A stretch of DNA of 63,998 nucleotides, counting the filler, from Dirinaria sp. TL-2023a (taxonomy: Eukaryota), in the NCBI GenBank assembly GCA_051941275.1. It is 7 parts of 7 records of this genome, joined end to end, with 100 filler letters (N's around TTAATTAATTAA, not from the genome) between each part and the next. Parts side by side here need not be neighbours in the genome. Positions count along the whole stretch, not along the records: positions 1 to 9,136 come from JAVEBF010001093.1; positions 9,237 to 18,359 come from JAVEBF010001094.1; 5 more parts are not named here. One strand, written 5' to 3'. Numbering within the stretch: the first letter of the stretch is position 1; each line of letters starts with the position of its first letter. The notes below the pieces were generated by a model that saw only the letters and a program-made list of their open reading frames with translations, had not been told where the DNA came from and made no database searches. This document shows, piece after piece, positions 1 through 12,618 of this stretch. The position numbers were made by a program, and so were the translations under genes.

Positions 1-1018
1 TACATGGGATAGTCAGCGAGTAAGCGGTCGATGTCATCTTCTGTTGTGTCGAAGGCTAGATTGTCGATTTGGACGCGTCGGCTGGGTTCGGGAATAATGG
101 CGGCGCTTTCATCGTTTTCTTCCTCCAAGGCTTTTGGAATCGCGGGCGCGTGCAGCAGCGGAGCGTGAGGCTCCGACATGATGTTGAGGTCGCGGCCGAG
201 GAAGTGATATTTTTGAAGCTCCTTCTTCGCCCGCGCCGCTTCTGCCGCCGAAGAAAAATCCACGAAGGCGTAGTAGCCGGCCCGCTGCTTGGTAGTAAGG
301 TCGTAGGGGATTGCGATGGTTTCTCTGTGTTTGTGTTGATGGAGTTGGTTAGCGGCGGAGGGGAGTGTTAAGTGGAAAGAAAGAGAGAATTTAAGGTCTG
401 TCTGTCTTACGTGGAGTAGTCCTTCAATAACTCTTGAACCACATTTTCGTCGGTGCCGAAGGGCAAGTGGGTGATATAAAGCCGTCGTTTCTCCGCCACG
501 CTCTTTAACGCTGCTTCTCTCCCTTCTTCAATCGCTGCTTCGAGGTCTGGGAAGTTTCCAGCTGACGGGTCGTAATACGATGGGAAGATCAAGTGCGCTG
601 GTAAGGACTTTTCTGTGATAGAGATTATCGTTCCCTCATTCTGGGGATCATAACCTTCTTCTGCCAGATCGATTGAGGTCTTCATATCAAAGATGTTGCG
701 TTTTCGGAGTCGCGGGAGAGCTTCCTGGGCTGATTGAGCAGTGGGGAAGATGGCCATTGCATACCCGGACGTATCTGCTTTGCCAGCATAGTATTCGATC
801 TCATGTCTAATGTGGTTGTTAACATCGACTTTCACAATAGGTCGAATGCCAATGGGGGACATTGGAGCGTACATGGGGCAGCCACGGAAGAAAAACACCA
901 ATTCCTCCTTGGTAGCATTGCTTTTTATGCCAGTGACTCTCAGAGTTCGTTCCCGTGTGCTGCGTTTTCCTGAACCCAAGTCACGGTCTCTACTCTTGAA
1001 CTTTTTCTGTTGCCACAT
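1..1018 (-). CDS. Multi-RRM RNA-binding protein, 3' part runs off the window; true start may lie further upstream (ORF 1138-1416)
   Basis: Three RRM-like units: TLRVTGIKSNATKEEL...GYAMAIF; RRLYITHLPFGTDE, joined across an intron (about 325-410, GTAAG...GCTAAC...CAG) to ETIAIPYD...GYYAFVDFSSAAEAARA; and RRVQIDNLAFDTTEDDI near the window start. Confidence 0.75.
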
Positions 1019-1959
1019 AGTGTTGGGTGTTCTTCCGCGTTTTGGCCTATTTGGAAGATTAACGAGCCTCGAGACATCATTGTTTGGAGGTTGCGCCTGT
1101 GTGCGCGTTACATCATGATCAGCTATATCTCTAAGACTCAGGTTGTACGCGAATCTAATACCGTGAATGGCGATGTAGACATCGGTTGCGCAAACGCCGG
1201 CACGAACGATGACGAGGCGCCGCTGTCAAAAGAGGCCAATCGCTTCTCTGTATTCGAAAAAAGCGGCGCAGTAGTTGGCAAGCTGAAAGTGTTTTGTGCC
1301 ATTGAAGTAGATGAAGTCTGGAAAGGGTCTGATGAGATAGTTTCTGCTGAGTTGCGTCTATTCCATCCTACGTTCCAGTTCAGATGAACATCAGACTGCC
1401 TAGATGAGCCAGCCATTGCTCTGACAAGTGAACCGTCATAGAGTCGGAAGCTGAGCCGGGAGTTTACTGTGTGGTTTGATGTGGCAGGAGTTCGTGCCGA
1501 TGATTGCTATAAATGTTTTCGCTAAGCAATAGAGCTGCAAGCAGACTAGGCAGGCTGACGATTGAGTGTGTTGACAAACATGCGAAGAGTTCAAAGGCCT
1601 TTTTGATGCTGTGTTGGGCCAGGGTTGACAATGAACAACGACGCTTAAGTTGTGAAAGTTTCGCTCAAAGGATTTAATGTTATAATCAAAAGCTGTTGGA
1701 TTCACTCTTCCATGAAATTCTGACTCCGACTTCACATAAAAAGACAGAATGTGAAAGCGGTATATTCCTATTTAGGATGTCAAAAAGAGTAGAGAGTAGC
1801 CACATTGCATTGATAATACAACGAGATGTCAACCTAGACTTTCTGAAGCTTCTGCTACATCATTACCTTAGACCAGCTTCTCAGATGAGCGCACATGATC
1901 CGTTATTATGCTATAGTCAGCCACATAGACTCTCAACACCATGCAAAAGTCGTCGCCTC

Positions 1960-3207
1960 CTAGTCCTTTCCAATACCTTTGAACAAATCATCACCGTCGC
2001 CTAGAATACTTCCGCCTCTTGAGCCGTAGCCATTTAGGTTGAGCTCCGGCAGTGTTGGCGGAGGACTCGGTGATCTCGGTACAGGAACATATGATTCTGC
2101 TTCGGACATTTTGCGATCCGATATCAATTCAGCTTCATCACCGGTGGCTTTAGGAATCTCATCCCTAGCACTGTGACCACCATGATCATAGTGCTTCTGC
2201 GTGTTCTCGGTTTCTCGTTGCAGGGTCATAGACAGCTTTCTCGGCCAGAATGTACCACTCTTCTTACTGCGCAGCGGCTCTGAGTCGGACTGATCTACCG
2301 GACTTGGCCCTGATCCAGTCGGTGTGATGCCAGCATGGCCTTGGTAATCTGGCTGGGAATCCGTCGCCGCCGCGGATTGATTCAATTCATTGCCAAGTGA
2401 ACTCTTTCTCTTCGTCGTCCAGAACGTGCTACTTCTCTTCTTCCGCAACGAATTGACGATGCTGCTGCTTTCACTGGTGTCGCCTCGCTTGGACGCCTTG
2501 ACCTGCTCGGGAGAGGTACTGTGTCCGTTTGGCGGCGCTTCAGGCCCCAAGTCTGAGTTGACACGTTCGTTCCGCTCTTGATCACCAGTCCCAAACCCAG
2601 CTCCCATGCTCAACGAGCTCTTTCGCCTGCTCCAGAATGTACCACTCATCTTCTTCCGTAAGCTTGGCCGAGTCGATGATGCCGTGCTGTCCCTCCCCGG
2701 TGTATCTGGCCTAAGCGAGGAATTGCCGCCGAACGAGTCCTCGGACACGCGTGTTCGTGGGGATTGGCTTGAAGGCCGCCTTAGGCTCGAAAGCAGATTT
2801 CGTATACTGCTCCCACTAGACCCCCTCTTCCCCGATGAGGGTGGAACGCGTTGGGGAGAATAGGGGATGTCGGTTTCGGGAGCGTGCGTGCGTGGGTCCG
2901 CTGCTAAGGGCGAAGGCGGGTGGGATCGAGAATCAGGGTATGCACCGGGCATGGAGTAGGTCGAATTGCGAAAGAAAAAATCCGGGGTTCCTGGGCGACT
3001 GTGGTGTTGAGTGGGCTGTGATGCTTGTGTTGACCCTTCTTCTTTGGGCGGAGGTGTTGGGGGAGGAGGCGAAGTTGGAGAGCCCATAGCAGCGGCTTCC
3101 CGTGCGACATGGGCAGACAGAGGAGGTAAATTTGGAGGATTGAAAGGGGAGGGAGACTTGGAGAGGCGATTGACATGGGGCGAAGGGGTTCGTGGAGGGG
3201 TTGCCAT
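1960..3207 (-). CDS. Hypothetical Ser/Pro-rich disordered protein (415 aa) with three LRKKxSGTFW-like motifs
   Basis: Long ATG-started ORF of low complexity. Repeated motif reads SLRKKMSGTFWSRRKSSL, SLRKKRSSTFWTTKRKSSL and PLRSKKSGTFWPRKLSM. Confidence 0.75.
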   Translation of the reverse strand: MATPPRTPSPHVNRLSKSPSPFNPPNLPPLSAHVAREAAAMGSPTSPPPPTPPPKEEGSTQASQPTQHHSRPGTPDFFFRNSTYSMPGAYPDSRSHPPSPLAADPRTHAPETDIPYSPQRVPPSSGKRGSSGSSIRNLLSSLRRPSSQSPRTRVSEDSFGGNSSLRPDTPGRDSTASSTRPSLRKKMSGTFWSRRKSSLSMGAGFGTGDQERNERVNSDLGPEAPPNGHSTSPEQVKASKRGDTSESSSIVNSLRKKRSSTFWTTKRKSSLGNELNQSAAATDSQPDYQGHAGITPTGSGPSPVDQSDSEPLRSKKSGTFWPRKLSMTLQRETENTQKHYDHGGHSARDEIPKATGDEAELISDRKMSEAESYVPVPRSPSPPPTLPELNLNGYGSRGGSILGDGDDLFKGIGKD

Positions 3208-3972
3208 GTTGACAGATTTTATTGGGTGTTCAGAGCGAGGGCAGGTGAAGGCAGATGAAAGCAGATGATCAATGTGTTCTCAGTAGGGCGAATTTGCCAA
3301 TGCAAGGACGTATGAATGGACAAGTAAGATACATGCAAGAAGCGAATCAAGGGGAAATGTTGAATTGGAAGGAGAAAAGGAACAAAGAACAGAGAATAGA
3401 TGTTGTGAATGAATAATAATAATAAGACAGTCAACGAGAACGAGTTTCTCCTTTACGTGGGGAATTTCGGGAATGACGTTCCACTTTCTACCAATGAAAC
3501 CTCGGCTTGTTTCCGCCGTTGAGTTCCCTCATAATCATGTATTTATGTCCGAGTCCTCATATGAGTACCTTGTCAATGCTTCAATCTACACGTGCTCCAT
3601 GATGATGCTAAGGTATGGCGTGATGAAAATACGAACTATGAAGGGTACAATACGCATTGGTCATGGGTCTGTGACTGAGCTGAGTATACACGTACATCTC
3701 TCCCACTCTGTCAGATCGTGAAATCTGGCACTTGGAAAAAGGGGCAAGCAAAGTCTCGTCTCCAATACAGCGAAATTGTCACCGATCGCCGTTTCCGGTC
3801 AATGGAACATTCATCCCCTAGCACAATGTGCTAGGGGCGTCTCAGCTGAATTTTACAGGTCTATGAGTGTCATAAGGTAAGTAGCGTAAAGGAAGATATC
3901 TATACACACAGAGGCGCTAATCGGCGTGAGGCTACGCCCGGTATAACGTGACAGCAGCGGCGTTGCGTCTGC

Positions 3973-6419
3973 TCATTTGGCCTTTCCACAATTCTCGCAG
4001 CAGTCCTCGGGCTTGGGACGTGCGCTCAAGGTATCAATGGTAGCCTTCAACTCGAGCCACGCCTCGTTCTTCGGCCTTCGCGCTTTCCAGTCCGTCTCTT
4101 TCTCTTCCAGCTCTTTCATCGCCCCAAAGACCACTTTCGCTCCCTTGATACCGATGACCGACATGCTCATCTTGTCCGCTTTGATCTCATCTTGCGACAG
4201 TCCCGCATACGTCTCGAGATGCTGGACACACTTCACCGCCAAGCGGACAGCTCGAACGCGGTCCATCGGCGACGGCCGATCACCCTGCTGGACGTGGCCA
4301 GGGATGGCAGACCGCGATTCGAAGCGCCCTTTGGCCTCTTCGGCGATCATGTGCGCTATTACGTCGGTCGTGTAGACGGTCGAAGCAGTCTCGTTTCGTA
4401 GGATCAGCTTTCCAGCTCGATTTTGCCCCCGGTCATTTGCGAAGCCCCGTCGCAGATGTTCAATGTCTCTCGCGAGCATGCGGATGCCGATTCCTTCCTC
4501 GGGCGTGTAGACGGCGGTAGCACCGACGGCTAAGCCAGACAAAGTAGCCACGTACCCCGACTTTCCCCCTTGGGTTTCAACAACAAACACCCGCCGTCGC
4601 GAAGCTGAGGCTGATTGTCTAATGTTGTCGCAGTATCCAACTAACACATTCAGGCATGTGTCGCTGCCCACCGAATACTCTGTACCTGGAACATTGTTAC
4701 TGATGGTCGCCGGTAGCAGCGCCATTGGTATGTTAAACGCGGGATAGTCGACTCGCGCTTTCCTCAATTGACTCAGAGCTGCAAAGGCCTCAAACCCACC
4801 AATAAAGAACAGGCCGTCGATTTTGTACAGCTCGAAACATTTGGCAGTCTGTTCCATGTCCTCGTCGGGTAGTGTACGATTGGTCCCGATTTCAGAGCCT
4901 CCTTTGCTGACCCACCCCTCAACGTCAAGCCACGTAAAGTCTCGTACGGAACCCAGAGGCTTATCATCGTGATGCCGACAGAGCCCGGTGAAGCTATTGT
5001 GGATGCCTATAGGTGTATGACCTCTTGCTAGGCAATATGCTACCGCTGCCCGAGTCGCCGCGTTCATACCGCCGGCAGGCGCGCCAACATGTATTATGGC
5101 AATTCGCATACGCTAGAGCCATGAGTACGAGATCTTACGCATTCAAAGATGTCTAGCCTACCTTGCTTTGTGGAAGATGAAGCTCAGGCTGTTCGCTAGC
5201 TGTGGTGGTCATGTAGGCATGATGATATTCTGCGAATTCAGCATCTCGGAGCTCCATGACGCGGTCAAAGTCTTTCCTTCTTATTGTTTGCGCTATCTCA
5301 TGGGTCGCTTTTACAGCTTCCATGAGATTCTTGCGGACAATCTTGTTCTCGACAATCGCAATGACTGGGGATGGGGTCTCTGGTGTGGCTTCAAGCACTG
5401 CTTCAACCGCTTCTACGCCTTGTAATGTCGACAGGATACGGTCGTAGGCACAAGCTTTGCCGCCTCGTTGAATATGTCCAAGTGTCGTTATCCTGGTGTC
5501 TAATTTTAGGTTATTTGAGAGTAGATCTTTGACTTCGCTCAACTCGATCTTGTTCAATGCGACATCATGAGCCCCTTCCGCCACGATGACGATAGTCTTT
5601 CGCTTGCCGAGTTTTCGGTGCTACCGATAGATCAGCAACGCATCAAACGTCAGAGCATGACAGCAGTACCTTGGAGATGACGCTACACATCTGCGATTTC
5701 CAATCTTGTGCGGGTGGCTTTTCAGGGAGGAAAACGAAGTCCGCTCCTGTACTGACGCCTGCCATGAGTGCAAGCCAGCCACAATGCCGCCCCATGACCT
5801 CGATGATGAAGGCCCGCTGATGTGAAGATGCCGTATCATCGATCTTATCCACGCACTCACAGATCTGACCGAGGGAAGAGTAGCAGCCAATGGTGGCATC
5901 AGTCATTGACATGTCGTTGTCGATGGACCCTACCAACCCAACAATGTTGAGGTGTCGAAAAGGCTCGACTTGGTCTGTGGTGAGTTCGTCAGTGTCGACC
6001 AGCTCTTTCAGCAATCCTTGCCATTCCGCACGCAGTATATCAGCGCCAGTCAAGCTGCCATCGCCGCCGCAGATGACCAAGGCATCAATACCTTTCACGA
6101 TGAGATTTTTGGCAGCCCTGAGACGGCCGGGACGTTCTTTGAAGGCCATACACCGCGCGGTACCAATCAATGTTCCGCCTTCTGACAGCCAGCCTCGCAC
6201 GTCAGCCCAAAACATCTGCTTGATGAGATCGCCGCCTTGCACAAGGCCTTCATAGCCTTCGTAGATACCATAAGCTTCGCAACCTTTGGCAATGGACATT
6301 CGGACCACTGCTCGGACAGCTCCATTCATCCCAGGGGCGTCTCCACCGCTTGTCATCACCCCAATCCTTCTCTTCTTGCCGGACAGAGGAGCCGGAGTAC
6401 CATTTACAGCGGGCGCCAT
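3973..6419 (-). CDS. pfkA: ATP-dependent 6-phosphofructokinase, eukaryotic two-half type, 3 exons
   Basis: Motifs [41 protein letters not shown] and LGHIQRGG. Second half has [23 protein letters not shown] and [11 protein letters not shown]. Introns 5621-5669 and 5113-5161 join the three ORFs. Confidence 0.97.
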
Positions 6420-7052
6420 CGTGGAGGTTCGATAAGTCGTTAATCGTTAAACCGTAGAGCAAGCAAGAATTGAGCGAGGGTAGGGAGGGAGTCGAGGGAG
6501 CTCCAAGAGGCTGTACAGAGAAGCATTAGCTGGGGAAGGTAGAATAGGGAGAGCTGAGTAAGGTAAGTATGTCAGTAAGTATGTGAGTGAGTAAGGTAAG
6601 TCAGCACATCAGCCAAGACAGATACTTACATGTCAAGCAAATACTCCGTGCTGGAAGTTGCTTTTTGATGTCTACCTTAGGCAGCCGCGGGGGAATCCGG
6701 GGACCGAATCGGAGGCTGCCGATTCCGACTGCCGACCACCGCCGGAGATTTTCCGCGGTCGAGGCGGGTGGTCCAAGCTTCTTCGCTACCGAGGTACTCG
6801 TACCGAATCTCCGACCGGAACTAAGACTAAAGCGGCGCGTTAGAACTTAGGGCGGAGGGTGTCAATAAAGTACTTTAGACACAGCAGTCACGTAAGGTAT
6901 GAGCGCTACAGCAATTTGTGTTTGAAAGTTGCCTGATAGCATCAGCGCAGTGTTGACTTTCTAACATCGACAACGCGTTCTTGTCCAATCGAAGCCAATT
7001 GAAATATGGCAGTAGGAAGAGTGCGGCCCAAATAACGCCGCACTTAGCAACG

Positions 7053-9054
7053 ATGACAGACAATATTCTGCTCTCTCTCCAGGCATCACCACAACCAGAT
7101 CCCAGCAAAGACTCGCTATCATTCCTCATCGCGCGCATCAATGAACAGCGAGGCTCCTTCCGAAGTGTTACTGAAGACGTTCTTGAAAAGGAGATCCGCG
7201 AAGGCGAAGCTGCACAGAGCGATGACGCCGAGGAAACGGCCGTAGAAGCCGAAGATGCCCAGTCTCGGAGAGAAGACGTGGTTGCGGCTCGAGAGGAGAT
7301 ACTAAGACATGTTGGGTAAATCGCCCACGCTATCGATCCTGTAAACAGCGCTCACGGACTACCAGTCAAGCCCACGCAGAGACCGTCCAAGCACTGGATT
7401 TTCTATCCCTCCTCATCTCCCAAAATGCTCCGGTCCAGGCGCAGCAGACATTGAGTCCGTACATCAGGAACTCCTTGTCCCTGGGCGTGCTGGGCGCAGA
7501 TATGGTACAGGAGCCTCCGAAAACGGACGCGGAGAAGCACAATAACTCTCTGGTTTCGGTCGGGTTGAAGCTGCAGTCGCTCAACTCCACGGCCGACTAC
7601 TTGCTCGAGTCCGCTACAAGGCTAGAGCGAGAGATAGAGTTTGAAACAAAATACTGGGAACAGTTGCTCGCTGTGAAAGACAGTGGCTGGTCATTATGCC
7701 GTTTGCCCAATGAGAAGCATACATTGGGTGTGAAATACGGCTTTGGGGAAGGTAGAGGAATTTTCCGTCTGGCAGACTCTTACTAGAGCTGATGGTCTAT
7801 GTAGCGTATTCGGACTTCCGCGATCGCGGTCTGGCTGCTTTGCGGAGGGAAGTAGATGGTGAGGTAAGGCTTGATCGAGGACCACGTTCTTCCGATCGGA
7901 CACTGCGGGTTCAGGTCGTGCAGAAGGGCAAGGTGCTGGACTCAAGCGTCCTTCTCAACCATGCCGAATCAGACATTGAAGGGGTTATAGAAGACCAACC
8001 GATCGCGAAGCAGATTTTGCAGGCGCGGAACAGCGTCTACGACGAGGAATTGCATTCGGAACTCCTCCGTGAAGCGCGGACTCTAGTCAACCAAGGCGTA
8101 AAATGCGCTGGGGAGAGAATCCAGCTTCCGTATGAAGGTGATAAGTGGATTCACATTGACTTGGTCGACGACGAGGACCAGCCTAACGAAGAGGCTCGGG
8201 ACAACAGTGGTATCACCAATGCCATTGCAATCGCACTTCGCATTCTCCTATCGCATGCACACCGCCAGAACCTACATCGGCGGTCACAGCCCCCACCACC
8301 CATCATTGATACTAAACCGCCCAGGCCATTTTATGCCATTCTCAAGCCGATAATCGAGCACATGCGCCATCGCGCTAATCTCCAGTCAGTCACCGAACTC
8401 CTCGTCGAGCAGACGAGTTCTTTCCAAAAAGCCGGCGTTCCATTGGACGTCGATTACCCTACGAGCATTCTCAACCTTCCATCCGACTTGTCCATCTCCA
8501 AGAACTCCTATTCTCCAGCATCGGAGGTTTTACTCAAAGCATTGACAACTCCTCTTTCCTCATCATTCAATCTACGCCTACCATCTCATAAAACCTCGCT
8601 GCAGATCGCGCTCCAAACCAATCTCTATCCACCATCATTCGGCACCTTGTACCATCTCACCATCACCTCTATGCCAGACAACTGGCTTCTCGCCAGAGTA
8701 CCACAGAAGATGGAACTCACCACCCTCCCAGAACTCGAAGAGCACATCCTCCATATCCTAACCCTGGAATTAGTATCGCTCGTACACGAAAGCGATCACG
8801 CATGGGAGATCGTGACCCCGGAGACGGGATCGCTGTCTCGAACATTTGCCAGTGCGGAGGGAGACGTGAGCACGCTCAGTCTGCGCATCAATGTCCAGAG
8901 GCAAATCATCTCGTTGGTCTGGCGAAGGCGAACGGATGGCATCGAGAGCTCCGAGGGGCATGGGATGGAACGATGGGAGGGCAAAGGAATGGACCCACGA
9001 CCATTGCCGGATTTGATCAAGGATCTAGCCCGATACCGTCCTCTTAATAATTAA
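7053..9054 (+). CDS. MED17: Mediator subunit 17, 3 exons
   Basis: N-terminus SLSFLIARINEQRGSFRSVTEDVLEKEI, then ALDFLSLLIS and LGVKYGFGE/AYSDFRDRGLAALRR, typical of fungal Srb4/Med17. Introns about 7316-7365 and 7752-7804. Confidence 0.9.
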
Positions 9055-9136
9055 GGCTTCGGCTACGTTCACACTCCCCCTTTCTATTGTCACACCCCAT
9101 TTCTTTCTATTGTCACACCTCTCTCTTCTCTCTCTG

Positions 9137-9236
9137 NNNNNNNNNNNNNNNNNNNNNNNNNNNNNNNNNNNNNNNNNNNNTTAATTAATTAANNNNNNNN
9201 NNNNNNNNNNNNNNNNNNNNNNNNNNNNNNNNNNNN
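9137..9236. other. Artificial contig linker N44-TTAATTAATTAA-N44
   Basis: Identical 100-bp spacer with stop codons in all six frames, present six times in the window. Confidence 0.99.
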
Positions 9237-9585
9237 ACATATAAGCTGTACTCCAAGATCCGAGTAAAGAATTTACTTTTTTTGTTTACATAGAGTGAGA
9301 TAGGATCTTGGATTTGAGATGGTACTGGTAGTGCCATCTTTAAGCTTTGCTTACATATGTAGCAAGGGTTAAAGAAAGTTGGAAATTGCCCGAACGGGCC
9401 GAGCCGAGGCTAAACACTTTCACCCTCGGTCCGTATGTAGTAAAGTAGGAACCTGGTTTTGTGGGAGATCTTCACTGAAAAGCTAAGGTAATTGTAGTCC
9501 ATCTACGAACAAACACCGACGACGATAACGAAAACCCTATCCTTTCTCTTCTATGGTAATATGGTGGATAAGTTCCTAGTGTTTC

Positions 9586-9590
<5 letters not shown>

Positions 9591-9620
<30 letters not shown>
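9591..9620. repeat. (GA)15 microsatellite
   Basis: Read directly from the sequence. Confidence 0.9.
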
Positions 9621-9627
<7 letters not shown>

Positions 9628-10542
9628 AGAGAACTGGCATGAAAGGCTCTTTCTCTCCGATAATTTATGGGGTTGATGCTGTATTGAACACGATACCTTG
9701 ATCAAGATTTGCGCGTTTTTCCCGGGCTTTGGGGAAACCGATTTCTGCTCTGCGTAAAAGAGGAGAGAGAGGGCGGGAGAGGGGGAGGGGGCGCCGATGC
9801 GATGATGATGATGATGATGCTGAAATTGAGGAAACTGGAGGCCTTTCAAGTAAATTATTGGCTAAGGAAGGGGGATGTTACAATGAGGGGGTTTTTTTAC
9901 TTCAGGCAAAGTATTCACTTCGTGGCCAAAGGCCAGAATCCAACAATCATGACTGCTGAAGGTTCAGCATGGATTTAAGGTATTCAATCGTATATTGCTA
10001 TGAACACAACAATAATGCATAGGAAGAAGTGGTTTATCATTATCATATTGTACATATAAAATGGATGTAGAAATGAGGCAGGGAAAACCTTCGCGTAAAA
10101 TTTTATCGAAGAATTGGAAATGGGGGAGAGTTTCTCGGAAAGCAGATCAAGATTGCCAGATCTGTTGGAGGTGTAAAACTAAAAGAGACCGAGCCATCAA
10201 GTCTGGTCTTCCATCTTCGTATCGAAAGGCGCTTCGTGATAGTATCTAAATTTGGGCAAGCAAGTAGTCTTTCCGCGCAGGGTCTGCTCTGAAAGAACAT
10301 GTATCTTTCCTGGTTGTGTGCCAACACCCAGGACACAATCGGTGCATACCATATAAATGGTAACCTTAAGAAAGAGTTGGCGCGCTACGCGACATCTGAG
10401 ATCGTACTTCTGTCAAAGGTGCCGCAAAAGACAGAACTCCGCATCTTGTCATACATCATGCCGATCCAAGAGCTGGCTGACGGCTCCGTTGACGAGCGGG
10501 ACTTCCATCAGGTAACGAAAGTAGTGGCACCAGACTCAAGGG

Positions 10543-11095
10543 CTACATTTCGGCTTGGGTGTTCTGCTCGAGGTCCTCTGATTCCTGCTGTGGCAAACGG
10601 TTCCGATCAGGGATATAAGCGGCGCAAGAACCGTCTCGGTTGTTAACCATAGCAGCACCTGCGACCAGTGCTGGGCGATGCCGAGCTCGACTAGATTCCC
10701 TCGAGGTGTTCCTCCCGTTTGTCAGAGTAGCGTTGGTGTCGAGCGACGGTGAGGCTGAAGCGGTATCATCAAAGGTCCCGTTGTTTCTCAGCCGAGGGGG
10801 AAGCCGCGAGGTCAACTCGTAGGCCGAGCGTGCGTTCTCTGTTCTTTGATCAACGAAGTTCTTTACCCTGGTGCCCATACTCGACGCGTAGAACCATACC
10901 TTCCACGCCTTCATTGGAGGGCGGAGAGCGTTTGTGCCACGCTTTCCAAGCGCGGTGCCCTTGCCAAATGGTGATTAGGCTGGCTATGACAGCACAGAGA
11001 CCAAAGACAGTATTGGTAACGAAGTCATTTTGGGGGGAATTGTTGGTAGGATGAGGCTGCGAGGAGCTTACGTTCAAGTAAGAAAAGGGAGCCAT
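10543..11095 (-). CDS. Small hypothetical single-pass membrane protein, 2 exons
   Basis: Exon 1 MAPFSY...VTNTVFGLCAVIASLITIWQGHRAWKAW carries one hydrophobic helix. A GTATGG donor near 10899 and a CAG acceptor near 10839 lead into the open frame ENARSAYEL...QAEM-stop. Confidence 0.5.
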
Positions 11096-12306
11096 TCACT
11101 AATTGAGATGAATCGTCGGCTTTTGCACGCAACTGAAGGTAGCTGCAGAATTGTGCTGGCCATGCTGAAGCAGATACACCGCATCTTTAAGTACTCGCCA
11201 TGGCAAGGTCTTGATAGTGACTTAAATCCGGAGTGCGATTTAGCCCCGCATGAATGATGAGATGATCTATCCGTCGTCCATGGCGGACAATCCGTCCATG
11301 AACAGAATGACGCAAGCTCCGTGTCTGGCATGCACATGGGGGCCAATTTTCGCAAGGAGCCGATAACCGTAGGTATCGATTCGGTATTCCTTGGCGTGGA
11401 CCGGTCTAGATTGGCGACTGAGCCACGGCTAGGACTTGGTCGACAATTAGGGGTCCTGGGCCCAGGCCCCAGAAAGGCCCGCAAGCTCAGCTACTGGTTG
11501 GACATGACTAAGGTAGGCTGATTGAGCTTCTAAGCCAACAGGGCAACGACATACTCACCCGGTGTACAACGAATGGAATGTTGCGTGGTGTGATATCATT
11601 TAAGTAGAATTTACCGCCAAATAAACCATGTATCGACCCTTGCCTGCAGCGCGCGCGTTCCAGCCTGTGTCAGAGCACCGTCCTGCTTTAGGAGATACTT
11701 ACATATGAAGTCATACAAAGGCCTTTCCCGATGAGCAACCCACCCACCACTGAAGCCTCGGCCACAAGAGCTATTAAAAGACGAGCATTTGATTGATAAA
11801 TTCATTCAGCACAATGTGTAGAACAATGAAGATTGACGATCTCTGTACCGGTTGTCGTGTCGCAGCCTTGTGCAACGCAATGTTCTGTCATGCTCCGCTT
11901 TCAATGCGGACGATCGTGGAAAGTCGCCCAGAGTACAAGTCTTTTGATCTTGACCCAAACGGCCTTGAGCAAAACGTAATTTACAAGATACATTTTCTCG
12001 AAGTTTTTTTTTACCTTACTACAGTTCCTGAACCAAGAAGTTCTCCCGCTGGAAGCTATTGTTCTTGAAGCAGTTTCTATCTTAGACAGCATTGATACCG
12101 AGTAGCTATTGTATCAAGCTCAGCTTTGCGCCGCTGCTGCTCACTCACTGAACGAGATTGTTTTTAGTCACTGAATCTGGCATTACGGAGCTATGGTTAG
12201 AACCATTATTCTTTGCATTGCAGCCTGCTGAGCGTCCCAGATTTTTTGCAGAAAGCTACGTGCCAGGGATGCGAACCCTGCAGGAGTCACCAAAGCCTAC
12301 CTCGGG

Positions 12307-12618
12307 GAACCAGCCAATGATGGCAAAGTGTCCACCCTTCAGATATAATTACTTTGCTCGCCCCTCCGACTCCCGATGGAGCACAGCATGGAGCACTGGA
12401 GTTGAAGCACTGACATATACAAAAAGTTTTGGTAAAGCCAGGTACCAGGGATTCGAATCCTGCGGGATTCCTCAAAACCTAGAGAACCAGCCAATGATAG
12501 CACAGTGCTCATCCTTCAGATGTGACTTACTGTAAGTTATTTGCTCCTTCCGCTTCGTCTGGCGATGAAGCACAGCAAAAGGTAGAGCAATGGGTTTGAG
12601 GCATTCAGATATACAAGA
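12307..12618. repeat. Degenerate direct duplication, period about 177 bp
   Basis: gaaccagccaatgatggcaaagtgtccacccttcagat (12307) matches gaaccagccaatgatagcacagtgctcatccttcagat (12484), with similarity continuing through gcacagca and atatacaa. Confidence 0.7.

Noticed and set aside
9181..9192. TTAATTAATTAA recurring every 9.2 kb as a biological periodic repeat
   Set aside because: It is always flanked by 44 Ns on each side, so it is a synthetic six-frame-stop spacer.
11074..11600. Possible spliced gene (GTGAGT donor near 11558 on the minus strand)
   Set aside because: No convincing coding frame or motif could be assembled.
12440..12470. tRNA T-loop-like GGATTCGAATCC
   Set aside because: No acceptor, D or anticodon arms can be built around it.
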